Virus record (IMG/VR): IMGVR_UViG_3300042363_000940
DNA: 64,000 nt
Reading direction: 5' to 3' (one strand)
From: a virus
Taxonomy: Duplodnaviria > Heunggongvirae > Uroviricota > Caudoviricetes
This document shows, in pieces, positions 39,205-47,741 of this stretch. Each line of letters starts with the position of its first letter. The stretch's first letter is position 1. The translations under genes and the position numbers were made by a program. The notes below the pieces were generated by a model, which searched no databases, was not told where the DNA came from, and saw only the letters and a list, made by a program, of their open reading frames with translations.

Positions 39205-39839
39205 AAAACGGAAAGTACTTTATAGTTCTTTTCTGTAATAAGAAGAGAATAAAAATTTTGTATCGTTGTCAGAAACTGACGACAATACATGAGTACTGGC
39301 GCGAATTTAAAACTGAAAGACAACCACGTTTCTTAAAGACACAAGGTGGTAAAAGAAAACAAGAACAATTATTTGAATTGGCATTAATCTTCCCAAATAG
39401 TCGTTGGGTTAAGAGTACATATGTTAAAGATAGTCTTGGTAGATTAATTGAGACAAAGATGGAAGACGATAAACTTCGCATCAAAGAAATTATTCCATAT
39501 TGGAAAGAAGAATTAATTTATGATTTTCAAACAAAGAAAAGAATCCGATATCATGAGATGTTATCATCAATAATGGAGATATCGGAGATTGGTCAGATAT
39601 TCACATTAAATAACAAACTATTTGTACAGGTTGAGGATGATATAAGATTGTACGGTAATAAAAATATTGCGGATGCTGAGAGATTGTTTGGTTTGGTTAG
39701 AGAGGACCTATTAAAAAAGAAAAAGGGTAATTTCATCTTCGTTAAAGATGTAACTACCGCTCAAAGAAAATTACTTTATACTTTATTGGAATCAAAAGGA
39801 TTTAAGAGGACTGAACTTTTTCGTCATTACTCTTATTAA
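39201..39839 (+). CDS. Hypothetical basic protein (212 aa)
   Basis: Long plus-strand ORF coupled to 39052-39204, with no competing minus-strand gene over most of its length. Confidence 0.8.
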   Translation: MKNGKYFIVLFCNKKRIKILYRCQKLTTIHEYWREFKTERQPRFLKTQGGKRKQEQLFELALIFPNSRWVKSTYVKDSLGRLIETKMEDDKLRIKEIIPYWKEELIYDFQTKKRIRYHEMLSSIMEISEIGQIFTLNNKLFVQVEDDIRLYGNKNIADAERLFGLVREDLLKKKKGNFIFVKDVTTAQRKLLYTLLESKGFKRTELFRHYSY

Positions 39840-40053
39840 ACACAATATCCACCTCACCCATTTTAATTGTAAATGATTTACCGGGGTTTGAGGTTTTTCT
39901 ATTTTGTTTTTTAGAAACGTAATCATATGTTTTATAGAATTCTAATTCGGCAACCTCAATTACGATTGTGTTTGAAACCGAGGCGATATTTAATTTTTCA
40001 ATTAAATCGCTAACAATCGCAAGTTGATTTAATAAGTCACCCTTTTTTTCCAT
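39802..40053 (-). CDS. Hypothetical protein
   Basis: 83-aa ORF in the minus-strand run; its 3' end overlaps the plus gene convergently. Confidence 0.65.
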   Translation of the reverse strand: MEKKGDLLNQLAIVSDLIEKLNIASVSNTIVIEVAELEFYKTYDYVSKKQNRKTSNPGKSFTIKMGEVDIVFNKSNDEKVQSS

Positions 40054-40252
40054 AACCGAATATCATTAGTATTTTAGTAAATATGTTTATTTTCTTTTTT
40101 TCAGGTTCTTTGAACATTTGAGTCTTATCAATTTTTTTGATTTCCTCAATCATCCTCCTCTTCTGGTTCAGAATCTCCCTCTGGTCCCTCTCCGCTTCCT
40201 TCTTCAACCAATTTAATCCCTGTTGTAGGCTCTTGTTGTTTTTCTGTGCCAT
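40037..40252 (-). CDS. Hypothetical basic coiled-coil protein
   Basis: 71 aa; 107-bp overlap with the acidic tail of 40146-40610. Confidence 0.6.
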   Translation of the reverse strand: MAQKNNKSLQQGLNWLKKEAERDQREILNQKRRMIEEIKKIDKTQMFKEPEKKKINIFTKILMIFGYGKKG

Positions 40253-40610
40253 TATCTATAAATGAAATTTCTTTTAGTTTATCAAGTGTTTCATGTTGGA
40301 ACAGCAATTCCAATTCTTTAATTTTTGACTGTAGTAGTTTTTGTTTTTCCTCCATCTCTTTGTTAGTGTCGATTACATCCTGAGCACATCTGAAGACAAC
40401 ATCATAACCATCTGTGGTTGCATGTGAAATCAATGACAACAAAGTAAACTTATCGTTCTTGTCTTGGACTTTTGTTTTAATTGATTTATACGGAGCGACG
40501 ATTTGTTCGAATCTCCATGTTACAGGTAGTTTAATGTCTAAACTGACATTGCCGTCAATCTCCCTTAATGAGAAAAAGAAAGGTCTTAAAAATCTTATAG
40601 TTTCAAACAC
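40146..40610 (-). CDS. Hypothetical protein
   Basis: 154 aa, GTG start, C-terminal coiled coil and acidic tail. Confidence 0.75.
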   Translation of the reverse strand: MFETIRFLRPFFFSLREIDGNVSLDIKLPVTWRFEQIVAPYKSIKTKVQDKNDKFTLLSLISHATTDGYDVVFRCAQDVIDTNKEMEEKQKLLQSKIKELELLFQHETLDKLKEISFIDNGTEKQQEPTTGIKLVEEGSGEGPEGDSEPEEEDD

Positions 40611-40614
40611 GTTG

Positions 40615-40794
40615 TTAAATTATAAAGTAAGTTATTATGTATGATGTTGTTAAGTAAAGAATCGTTTCATTTACTTTTGATACCTTCATCGGTACCGGTT
40701 CAGACTGAAATAGTTTAACTATAAACTCCAATATGAATCTTAGAGTGTAAACACAACTCAGAATGAGTAAGAATAATTTAAATTGCTCAATCAT
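40615..40794 (-). CDS. Small two-TM membrane protein (59 aa)
   Basis: Hand translation: MIEQFKLFLLILSCVYTLRFILEFIVKLFQSEPVPMKVSKVNETILYLTTSYIITYFII*. Confidence 0.65.
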   Translation of the reverse strand: MIEQFKLFLLILSCVYTLRFILEFIVKLFQSEPVPMKVSKVNETILYLTTSYIITYFII

Positions 40795-40966
40795 GTTGTT
40801 TAATCTCCTCCAAAATTTCTTTACGATATTGTGCCATTAGTATTTTAACCTCCTGTGCGTGTTTCCTAGCACGTATCGATGCACTTCGGTTACCCTTTTC
40901 ATAAACTTTAGTAGTGTCAACAGACATTTTCTCCACCAAGTCTTTTATTTTCTTTAGCGTTTCCAT
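40787..40966 (-). CDS. Histone H1-like (Hc1-family, Bacteroidetes-type) nucleoid protein (59 aa)
   Basis: Hand translation: METLKKIKDLVEKMSVDTTKVYEKGNRSASIRARKHAQEVKILMAQYRKEILEEIKQHD*. The KGNxxAxxRARK motif is typical of this family. Confidence 0.75.
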   Translation of the reverse strand: METLKKIKDLVEKMSVDTTKVYEKGNRSASIRARKHAQEVKILMAQYRKEILEEIKQHD

Positions 40967-41003
40967 ATTTTTCCGTTTTTATTACTAATATACGGAAAAA
41001 ATT

Positions 41004-41459
41004 CTATTTTTTCAAGTTTTGTTCTAATAATTTATAGACCTCAGTTAACATATCAAGCTCTGACCTTGATTTTTTATGTTTGAAGTCAAATAATTTATAG
41101 AAATACTCACCCATACGGGGATTACCTTCATCCATTTTGGTACCGTAGTATGCCTCATAGAAGAAATTCCAAAGGTATTCATAATGATTACCCTTTTCTT
41201 TAAAATAAATCTTTTCCTTTGAAAAATCAGACAGTAATTTATCCCAACACCAGTTGAAGTGGTTTCGTTGGTCTGTCTCGTTGAATAGGACATCGACACC
41301 TAAGAATGTGGTATCGACTAGTTCATATAAAGAAGATAGAAAATCATAAAAAAGTTCTACCCTCTCTCTATGTATGTTATATGCCCTGTACCAAATGTCG
41401 ATTTGATGTTTGTATTTGTCGGTAGTTTCAAACTCAATGTAATCTTCTCTCTTTTCCAT
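41004..41459 (-). CDS. Hypothetical protein
   Basis: ORF-track entry 41004-41498; the ATG at 41459 (MEKREDY) is the likelier start. Confidence 0.75.
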   Translation of the reverse strand: MEKREDYIEFETTDKYKHQIDIWYRAYNIHRERVELFYDFLSSLYELVDTTFLGVDVLFNETDQRNHFNWCWDKLLSDFSKEKIYFKEKGNHYEYLWNFFYEAYYGTKMDEGNPRMGEYFYKLFDFKHKKSRSELDMLTEVYKLLEQNLKK

Positions 41460-41506
41460 GTTGCCGAATATAAAAAATATAAGGAAAGAAAAGGACAAAA
41501 AGAAGT

Positions 41507-42961
41507 TTATTGAGTTTTTTCGTTGTATCCAAAGATTTTTTTCATTCTTTGAACTTCTTCCTCTAAGATTGATGACATTGTAGTTTTAGACTCGTTAACT
41601 GTTTTAACGTTCAAAGGTTCAATACCTTTATGTCCCCAACTAACTTGTTTTTCTCCCGCTAACTTCTTTGCTTTTCTTTCTACTTTTTTACCCATGTTCT
41701 CACCTGTTTTAGAAGGGATAACATTTGCCGCGTCGTGTGAGTTACCCATTGTAGAATCACCCTCTAACGCCTTTTTTAATCTTACTTTAAATCTTTCTGA
41801 TGGTTCGTAGTCGTATTGTAAATCTTCCATTCCACCACCTCTATTATCTTCAATTGTTTCGTTTTCTTCGTCAGTTGTTCTTTGAGCAACTTTCTCACCT
41901 TTATTGATTTGGTTAGGAAACTCAGGGTTATCATTACCATCAAACGTTGAGATGTCTTTCAATTTCTTTTCAACATCAGACATGTGTGATTTAGAGTCGT
42001 CACCCGAAGTTTTTTGCACCTTCTTAGTAAACTCAAGACCCGGTACTGATTCAGAAACCATTCTTGAAATCAATGAAACTAATTCACTTTCTGACAATCT
42101 TAAAGTTGCCCTTTTAGATTCACCTAACTGGTCTAAAGATGTAACGATTTCTTCGTCATCACCTTCGCCAAGGTCATCCATACTTGTAACAACCGTTTCA
42201 TCTTCTTCCTTCATTGTTGAACATTCACTACATTGTCCTTCCTCATTCATAGGAGAACCACATTCGTTGCACATTCCTTCACCTTCATTTAATTTATGGT
42301 CATGACCTTCACACTTACAATCTTCAACAGATTTACCACATGAATCACATGTTTCCATTTCACCCTCATTAGTGTCAATATCTTTGGTTATGGTTACTTT
42401 ATGCATTTTACCACTTCCTTTTGGAAATTCAAATTCTTTTTTACCACCATCTCTAGCAGCATCGGCAGCTAAAACAAATGCATTAGATTCTTCAACATCA
42501 CCTTCTTCATTCACATCACCATACCCAGAATGCATTTCTTCTTCTTCAAGTTGTTTATAGTATTCATTAACATTATAAGATTCGGTTCCTACTTTTATTT
42601 CAGAAAGACCTCTTTCTTTAGCATCTAAAATTGCTTGTGCTATGTTTTTAACTTTTATAGACTTTTTTTCCATGGTTTTTGTTTCTTTTACTTCAAAGGT
42701 TTCTCCCATCTCATCCAATTTGTCAATCATATCAGAATGTGAGTTATATTTTTGTTTTTCAATAATAAACTCCTTTTCAGGATGTTTATCTTTATAAATA
42801 TTTAAATGTTGATTTGCTTCTTCCTCAGATTCAAATGAATCAATAGGTTCACCTTCACAAGTAATATGAAACACATCATTACCTTTTTCACCCTCTAAAA
42901 TGGTTCTTTTTACCTCATCCATTAGGGTTTCATTAATTATATTTTGAATATTTGTTTTCAT
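41507..42961 (-). CDS. Acidic low-complexity protein with CxxC motifs, possibly head-internal/scaffold
   Basis: 484 aa, very Glu-rich, with CDSC...CKC and CNEC...CSEC and a duplicated VTS(M/L)D(D/Q)LGE. Confidence 0.7.
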   Translation of the reverse strand: MKTNIQNIINETLMDEVKRTILEGEKGNDVFHITCEGEPIDSFESEEEANQHLNIYKDKHPEKEFIIEKQKYNSHSDMIDKLDEMGETFEVKETKTMEKKSIKVKNIAQAILDAKERGLSEIKVGTESYNVNEYYKQLEEEEMHSGYGDVNEEGDVEESNAFVLAADAARDGGKKEFEFPKGSGKMHKVTITKDIDTNEGEMETCDSCGKSVEDCKCEGHDHKLNEGEGMCNECGSPMNEEGQCSECSTMKEEDETVVTSMDDLGEGDDEEIVTSLDQLGESKRATLRLSESELVSLISRMVSESVPGLEFTKKVQKTSGDDSKSHMSDVEKKLKDISTFDGNDNPEFPNQINKGEKVAQRTTDEENETIEDNRGGGMEDLQYDYEPSERFKVRLKKALEGDSTMGNSHDAANVIPSKTGENMGKKVERKAKKLAGEKQVSWGHKGIEPLNVKTVNESKTTMSSILEEEVQRMKKIFGYNEKTQ

Positions 42962-42962
42962 A

Positions 42963-43793
42963 TTATCTTATAAATATCTTATTTATTTCATTTAACACTA
43001 CTTTCTCCATCTCTGAGTATGGAATTCCGTATTTTTTTGATACTTTCTTTACCGCTTCAACCAATCCATCCACTTCATAGAATTCAAGTGCTTTGGTACT
43101 TCCTTGGTTACAATAAGGGAATTTCTTACACTTATCCTTAACTCTTACGTAAACACCCTTAGGACCACCCCATTTAGGGAATTTTTTATCCTTAACCGCT
43201 CTACTTTGTTTGATACTCTTTTCCCCACCAATACTCAGTGGGTTTTTACGGTTTTTACTTGGGAATGGTGCATCATACGCACCATTAGAATCTGCAGTCA
43301 TCGCCTCATCGATATCACCCTCTTCATTCATATTATGTATCTTGGTGATTGGTCTATTAATTGGTTTACTATTAAACGCCATTTCAAATGAACCACCAGA
43401 TTCTGCACCCATCGCCTCTGTGGTATCTTGTTTCTTCTTTTTACCTTGACAATGTGCCCTCTGTGAGAATCCTTTTGGATTTGAACAATCTATAGAATCT
43501 TTATATTCCTGTGACCATTTCTCCTCAATCTCCATCTTACTTAATTTATCATAGTATTTTGGGTCTTCACCAATATGGTCCATGGCAATTTCCTTTGCTT
43601 GGCTTTTATTTTTGGTGTGTTCAAGTTCAATCTTAATACCTTTATTCAATTGTTTTAACAATTCTGAAACCGTGATTTCAATGTCTTTTTTATCAACTGA
43701 ATCGGTTGAATCGTCGTAGGCGTGTTTTATCGCAATGTCTTTAATCGACATATTATCAGATTTACCACCCTTTAATTTGTTTGATTCTTTCAT
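42963..43793 (-). CDS. Hypothetical protein with DUF5661-like motif
   Basis: GIKIELEHT...AKEIAMDHIGEDPKYYDKL; likely start MKESNK at 43793. Confidence 0.7.
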   Translation of the reverse strand: MKESNKLKGGKSDNMSIKDIAIKHAYDDSTDSVDKKDIEITVSELLKQLNKGIKIELEHTKNKSQAKEIAMDHIGEDPKYYDKLSKMEIEEKWSQEYKDSIDCSNPKGFSQRAHCQGKKKKQDTTEAMGAESGGSFEMAFNSKPINRPITKIHNMNEEGDIDEAMTADSNGAYDAPFPSKNRKNPLSIGGEKSIKQSRAVKDKKFPKWGGPKGVYVRVKDKCKKFPYCNQGSTKALEFYEVDGLVEAVKKVSKKYGIPYSEMEKVVLNEINKIFIR

Positions 43794-43794
43794 A

Positions 43795-44034
43795 TTACTT
43801 GACACTCTTTAATGAACTTTCCCAAAACGACTTACGCTGCCAAAGAGTTTTGAATAGTTCAACAACCACCTTAGTTGATAGGTCCACAATTCTGTCGTCG
43901 ATACTTTTTGCACCGGTTTCCTTTTGTATCATCTTAATAACGATATTATGTGCTTGAGTGGACTCAAGGAAGTCTTTCATTTCTTTCCTTGAAATTTTTT
44001 CAATCTCTTTAATATCTGCGCTTGATAATGCCAT
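43795..44034 (-). CDS. Hypothetical protein
   Basis: 79-aa ORF packed between its neighbours. Confidence 0.7.
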   Translation of the reverse strand: MALSSADIKEIEKISRKEMKDFLESTQAHNIVIKMIQKETGAKSIDDRIVDLSTKVVVELFKTLWQRKSFWESSLKSVK

Positions 44035-44035
44035 C

Positions 44036-44590
44036 TTATGTGTTTCTTCTTGTTCTAATCAAAGGTTCCATTGCCGATGTATATGTCGGTAAAAACTTAA
44101 CTAACTTGTCTAACATAGTCATAGTTTCGTTTTCAATTGGTAACATGTCTGAGTTAATATATAAACCACCATCTTGACCAACAATCATTACAAAGTTGAT
44201 GTCTAAGTCACTAATAGTACCATCTAACCTAATTTGGTTATCGTCAATTGTAAAACCTGGGTCTAATTCCGCAAGTTGTGCGACTTGTTGTCTGAATGAG
44301 TCAATCAATTGACTTATTGAACCCTTTTCATCTTCCTGTAGTTTAACATCCTCTTGGTCATATGAAAGTAATTTAACTTCCACATCGTTAACCACTTCTA
44401 CGTTGTCAAACTGTTCTTGACTTGACTCAGGTGCTGGTTCATTAATATCGTCACCGGGTTCCATTGGTCTTGTTTCCTCAACCTCTTCGGTGATTGTTTT
44501 CTTGTTTGTCACTTTTGACTCGTTAAGATTTCTCATTATATTGAGGAAACCTTTCATCTCGTCATATGGTGTCTGTTTCTTGTTGCTCAT
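44036..44590 (-). CDS. Hypothetical acidic protein
   Basis: 184-aa ORF. Confidence 0.75.
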   Translation of the reverse strand: MSNKKQTPYDEMKGFLNIMRNLNESKVTNKKTITEEVEETRPMEPGDDINEPAPESSQEQFDNVEVVNDVEVKLLSYDQEDVKLQEDEKGSISQLIDSFRQQVAQLAELDPGFTIDDNQIRLDGTISDLDINFVMIVGQDGGLYINSDMLPIENETMTMLDKLVKFLPTYTSAMEPLIRTRRNT

Positions 44591-45185
44591 TTCTAAAAAA
44601 TATTCTAAAATTAAATGATGGGTTTATATCTGTATAAATATTCGAAAAGTTGGATTTACAAACAACTCCATGGAATTTTATGACATTTTCTAAATAACCT
44701 TGTGATTGTACCACCTGTTTAGGTATACTATGTAACCCACATAAGTGGTCACACAGGTCAGCAACAGACTCTAATTGACTGTCACTGTACTTATCCCAGA
44801 AATAATAGTTTCTCCAATTCCTAACGAATGGTTCGGACCTATATGGGTCTCCAATCCAATTATTTAAAAACCCCGTGATGGTATTTTTACTTAACCACCC
44901 GAGGTTTTCAATTGCTATTTTAATAAATTGTTTATCTACTTTAGGTTCCTCAAAAGTATTTGAGTAGTAATTTGTATCGTATAATTGATACACCGTACCT
45001 AATTTAGTAACCACGAAATGTGGTATTTCAGAGTATTTCCCGTTATTTCTATACTTTAACTTATTAATGAAGTCGTCGGCTCTTCTACCGGTATCGTATA
45101 GTAATATTTGGGTTTTTTTTGTTTTTCTTTTTGTTATGTTTAGTACCTTACTATCTAAACCTTCTACGTTGTGTATTTCCAACAT
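44562..45185 (-). CDS. N-acetylmuramoyl-L-alanine amidase (Amidase_2)-like protein, Zn ligands apparently degenerate
   Basis: IPHFVVTKLGTVYQL, IAIEN, QLESVADLCDHLC..HSIP, DINPSF. The usual HHT is YDT and the second His is not evident. Confidence 0.65.
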   Translation of the reverse strand: MLEIHNVEGLDSKVLNITKRKTKKTQILLYDTGRRADDFINKLKYRNNGKYSEIPHFVVTKLGTVYQLYDTNYYSNTFEEPKVDKQFIKIAIENLGWLSKNTITGFLNNWIGDPYRSEPFVRNWRNYYFWDKYSDSQLESVADLCDHLCGLHSIPKQVVQSQGYLENVIKFHGVVCKSNFSNIYTDINPSFNFRIFFRNEQQETDTI

Positions 45186-45363
45186 TCCTTGTAATCGTTT
45201 TTCTCATGGGGGAAGGTCTTGGCGATAACTCCGCCGTTGGTGTCTCCTCCACGTTATTGTCCTCAGATTCCCAATAAAGGTCATCATTTTTAATAGTATC
45301 CGTAACCTTTTCCAAACCATCGTTTGGAGAATTTATTACTTGGGATTGGGACTCTGTTACTTT
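45151..45363 (-). other. -1 frame extension of 45357-46580 after slippery site A_AAA_AAG (candidate programmed frameshift)
   Basis: G AAA AAA AAA AG TAA at 45371-45357. The -1 frame reads KVTESQSQVINSPNDGLEKVTDTIKNDDLYWESEDNNVEETPTAELSPRPSPMRKTITRNVGNTQRRRFR*. Confidence 0.6.
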
Positions 45364-46580
45364 TTTTTTTCTTCCTCAGATTCTATCGTTGGAAGTTCTT
45401 CAGTTGGTGTTTCGATAAGAGGTTCTGATAATGGTTCCTCGTATGGTGGTTCATCTTCAAAACCATCCATTAACGTAATATCCCACTCTTTAAACTCTTC
45501 CATATCTTCAGGTGAATATATTTCATCCGATTCAATTGGCATATCCTCAATCGTTAATTGTGGTACTTCAACCACAGGAATATTTTCGAGTAAAACCTCT
45601 ATAACCTCCTCTGGTGTTACCGTTGCGGTTGGGGTGAATGTCGGAACCTCAGTCTCTGTTGGAGTCATTGTAGGTGTCTCTGTTGGGGTATTAGTTGGGG
45701 TTGGTGTTACTGTAATTGTAGGTGTCTCTGTTGGGGTATTAGTTGGGGTTGGTGTTACTGTAATTGTAGGGGTTGGAGTCACCTCAGGTATAATAAGTGG
45801 TTCCGTACCAAATCCATCTAATTCTTTTTCATAGACCCCAATAGGTTGTTCAGTAATTTGGGGTTCTTGTTGTTTTTTATACTCCTCCGCCGCCTTAACT
45901 AACGTATCATTTGGTTTAGGTGGGTTGTTTAAATATCTTTCCAATATGGCCAAATCTTCTTCAGTTAATCTAACTCTTGAAACCTCACCAACAATGTCTT
46001 TTGCATCAACCACAGGGATTTCTTCTTTAACTTCTTCTTTGGATTTATTTTTCTGCTCCCTTATGTATTCACTAATACCACCATCATCAATAATTGCGTC
46101 AATTCCCCTTTCTTTATTTTCTTGAGTAAACTTAACTAACATGTGTAAGAATGACAATGAAATGATTGGTAACATTCCACCAGCAAAAAACGATAAGAAT
46201 CGTTTATGACCAACAAGGTCTGTTTGGTCAACTCCCATGAATTCAACAAATGGGGCAACCAATTCTACCCATGATTTAAATGAGTCACTCGTAACATCAA
46301 TAAACGAATACGCAAAATAGACATTACCAATAAATTGAATAAGGGTCACTATACCAAATGGAAAATATACTTTTCTACCCATATCGGCGGAAATTGCTGC
46401 AAGTGCTGATAATGCGGCAATCTCAATACCAATTGATAGGTAAACCGCCCAAGTAACTGGGTTTGATAACCCATACCACTTTGTTACGTGTGATATAGAT
46501 ACCAATGCAACCGTAATAATCGGTATTAAAAATGCCGATATAATGATTGTTTTATAATTCCTTTTAAACCAAGTCTCCAT
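45357..46580 (-). CDS. Membrane protein with N-terminal multi-TM domain, Pro/Thr repeat and acidic tail
   Basis: About four hydrophobic segments in aa 10-150, TPTPT repeats, ends EEEKKK. Confidence 0.8.
   Translation of the reverse strand: METWFKRNYKTIIISAFLIPIITVALVSISHVTKWYGLSNPVTWAVYLSIGIEIAALSALAAISADMGRKVYFPFGIVTLIQFIGNVYFAYSFIDVTSDSFKSWVELVAPFVEFMGVDQTDLVGHKRFLSFFAGGMLPIISLSFLHMLVKFTQENKERGIDAIIDDGGISEYIREQKNKSKEEVKEEIPVVDAKDIVGEVSRVRLTEEDLAILERYLNNPPKPNDTLVKAAEEYKKQQEPQITEQPIGVYEKELDGFGTEPLIIPEVTPTPTITVTPTPTNTPTETPTITVTPTPTNTPTETPTMTPTETEVPTFTPTATVTPEEVIEVLLENIPVVEVPQLTIEDMPIESDEIYSPEDMEEFKEWDITLMDGFEDEPPYEEPLSEPLIETPTEELPTIESEEEKKK
45670..45765. repeat. Perfect 48-bp tandem duplication in the PT linker
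   Basis: gtaggtgtctctgttggggtattagttggggttggtgttactgtaatt twice (45670-45717, 45718-45765). Confidence 0.95.
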
Positions 46581-46867
46581 TAATTCAATTTTGATTCTAA
46601 TGATTTTAATTCATTGTCGATTTCGGTTTGTCTTGTAACATCTAAAATCTTTCTGTCTGTTGATTGAATCATTCTTTTTTCTGCCTTCAATCCTTCAATT
46701 TGTAATCTAACATTTAATTCTTCTTTTGTATAAGTCGAATCTTTAATTGTCTCGATTTCTTTTCTCATTTTAGACAATTCTCTACCGTCACCACATCCTT
46801 TAAGGAATGTTAACACGGCAATTACAAGAACAATTACAATGAAGTTATTTTCAACGAACTTTTTCAT
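46580..46867 (-). CDS. Membrane-anchored or lipoprotein coiled-coil protein
   Basis: Hydrophobic N-terminus ending LKGC (possible atypical lipobox), followed by a coiled coil. Confidence 0.7.
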   Translation of the reverse strand: MKKFVENNFIVIVLVIAVLTFLKGCGDGRELSKMRKEIETIKDSTYTKEELNVRLQIEGLKAEKRMIQSTDRKILDVTRQTEIDNELKSLESKLN

Positions 46868-46878
46868 AATTTTTTATT

Positions 46879-47688
46879 TTATAAATAGTTTAGTAATCCA
46901 TAACTATCGTTTCTAAGTTTTTTAAGTGCCTTGTCACGTAGTTGTCTAATACGTTCTTTGGTACATCCAAACTCTTCACCGAGGTCTTCCAAATTCATTT
47001 CTACACCAGCAAGACCGTAGGATTTTTCAATTATGACCTTTTCTCTGTCATCTAAGATAGATAACATCATATCCACTCTTCTACGAACTTCTTCGGGAGT
47101 GTTTAATAGTGCCTCAGGGTCATCGGCATCTTTATTTGGGATTACATCAATAAGTTGGTCCCCATCTTCATTTATTTCATCATTAAGGTTTACACAATGT
47201 GGTAAAATAAAATCTCTTCCCTTATCTTCATAGTTAATGAAAAATTGGTCGTCTTTGTATGGTTGGTTTTTTTGTCTTTTCTGATTTTCTTGAATGATAT
47301 TCGAAGGTAATCGAATGATTCTTGCATTCTCATTAAGAGATGCCATGATTGATTGTTTCACCCACCAAACGGCGTATGATATAAATTTGAAACCACTAGT
47401 TGGGTCGAATCTTTCCGACGCTTTCATTAGACCGATATTACCTTCAGATATTAAATCCATAATATCCATTCCTTGACCTTGATATAATTTGGCAACGGTA
47501 ATAACAAAACGAAGATTTCCTACAACTAATTCATTGAGATAATTTTCTCTTTCTTTTTTTGGTAGGTCTTTTCTTTTTAGTTCAGTAAAAATTATTTCTT
47601 GTCTCTCGTGAGAAATAACTTTAATCTTTCTAAGGTCTTTTATGTATTGTTGTATTTCCTCCGTGTTGATTAATATTGATTTACTCAT
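46879..47688 (-). CDS. RNA polymerase sigma-70 family factor (RpoD/SigA-like, lacking region 1.1)
   Basis: NLRFVITVAK, DLISEGNIGL, FDPTSGFKFISYAVWW, region 4 LEDLGEEFGCTKERIRQL. Confidence 0.95.
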   Translation of the reverse strand: MSKSILINTEEIQQYIKDLRKIKVISHERQEIIFTELKRKDLPKKERENYLNELVVGNLRFVITVAKLYQGQGMDIMDLISEGNIGLMKASERFDPTSGFKFISYAVWWVKQSIMASLNENARIIRLPSNIIQENQKRQKNQPYKDDQFFINYEDKGRDFILPHCVNLNDEINEDGDQLIDVIPNKDADDPEALLNTPEEVRRRVDMMLSILDDREKVIIEKSYGLAGVEMNLEDLGEEFGCTKERIRQLRDKALKKLRNDSYGLLNYL

Positions 47689-47710
47689 AAATTTGTTGTT
47701 TGGTTCACTA

Positions 47711-47741
47711 CAAATGTACGAATATTTTTTTAATTTTCAAA
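47711..47741 (-). promoter_or_regulatory. Bacteroidetes-type primary-sigma promoter (TTTG-N19-TACATTTG)
   Basis: Minus strand: TTTG (47741-47738), 19-bp spacer, TACATTTG (47718-47711), ending 23 nt before the sigma ATG. Confidence 0.7.
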
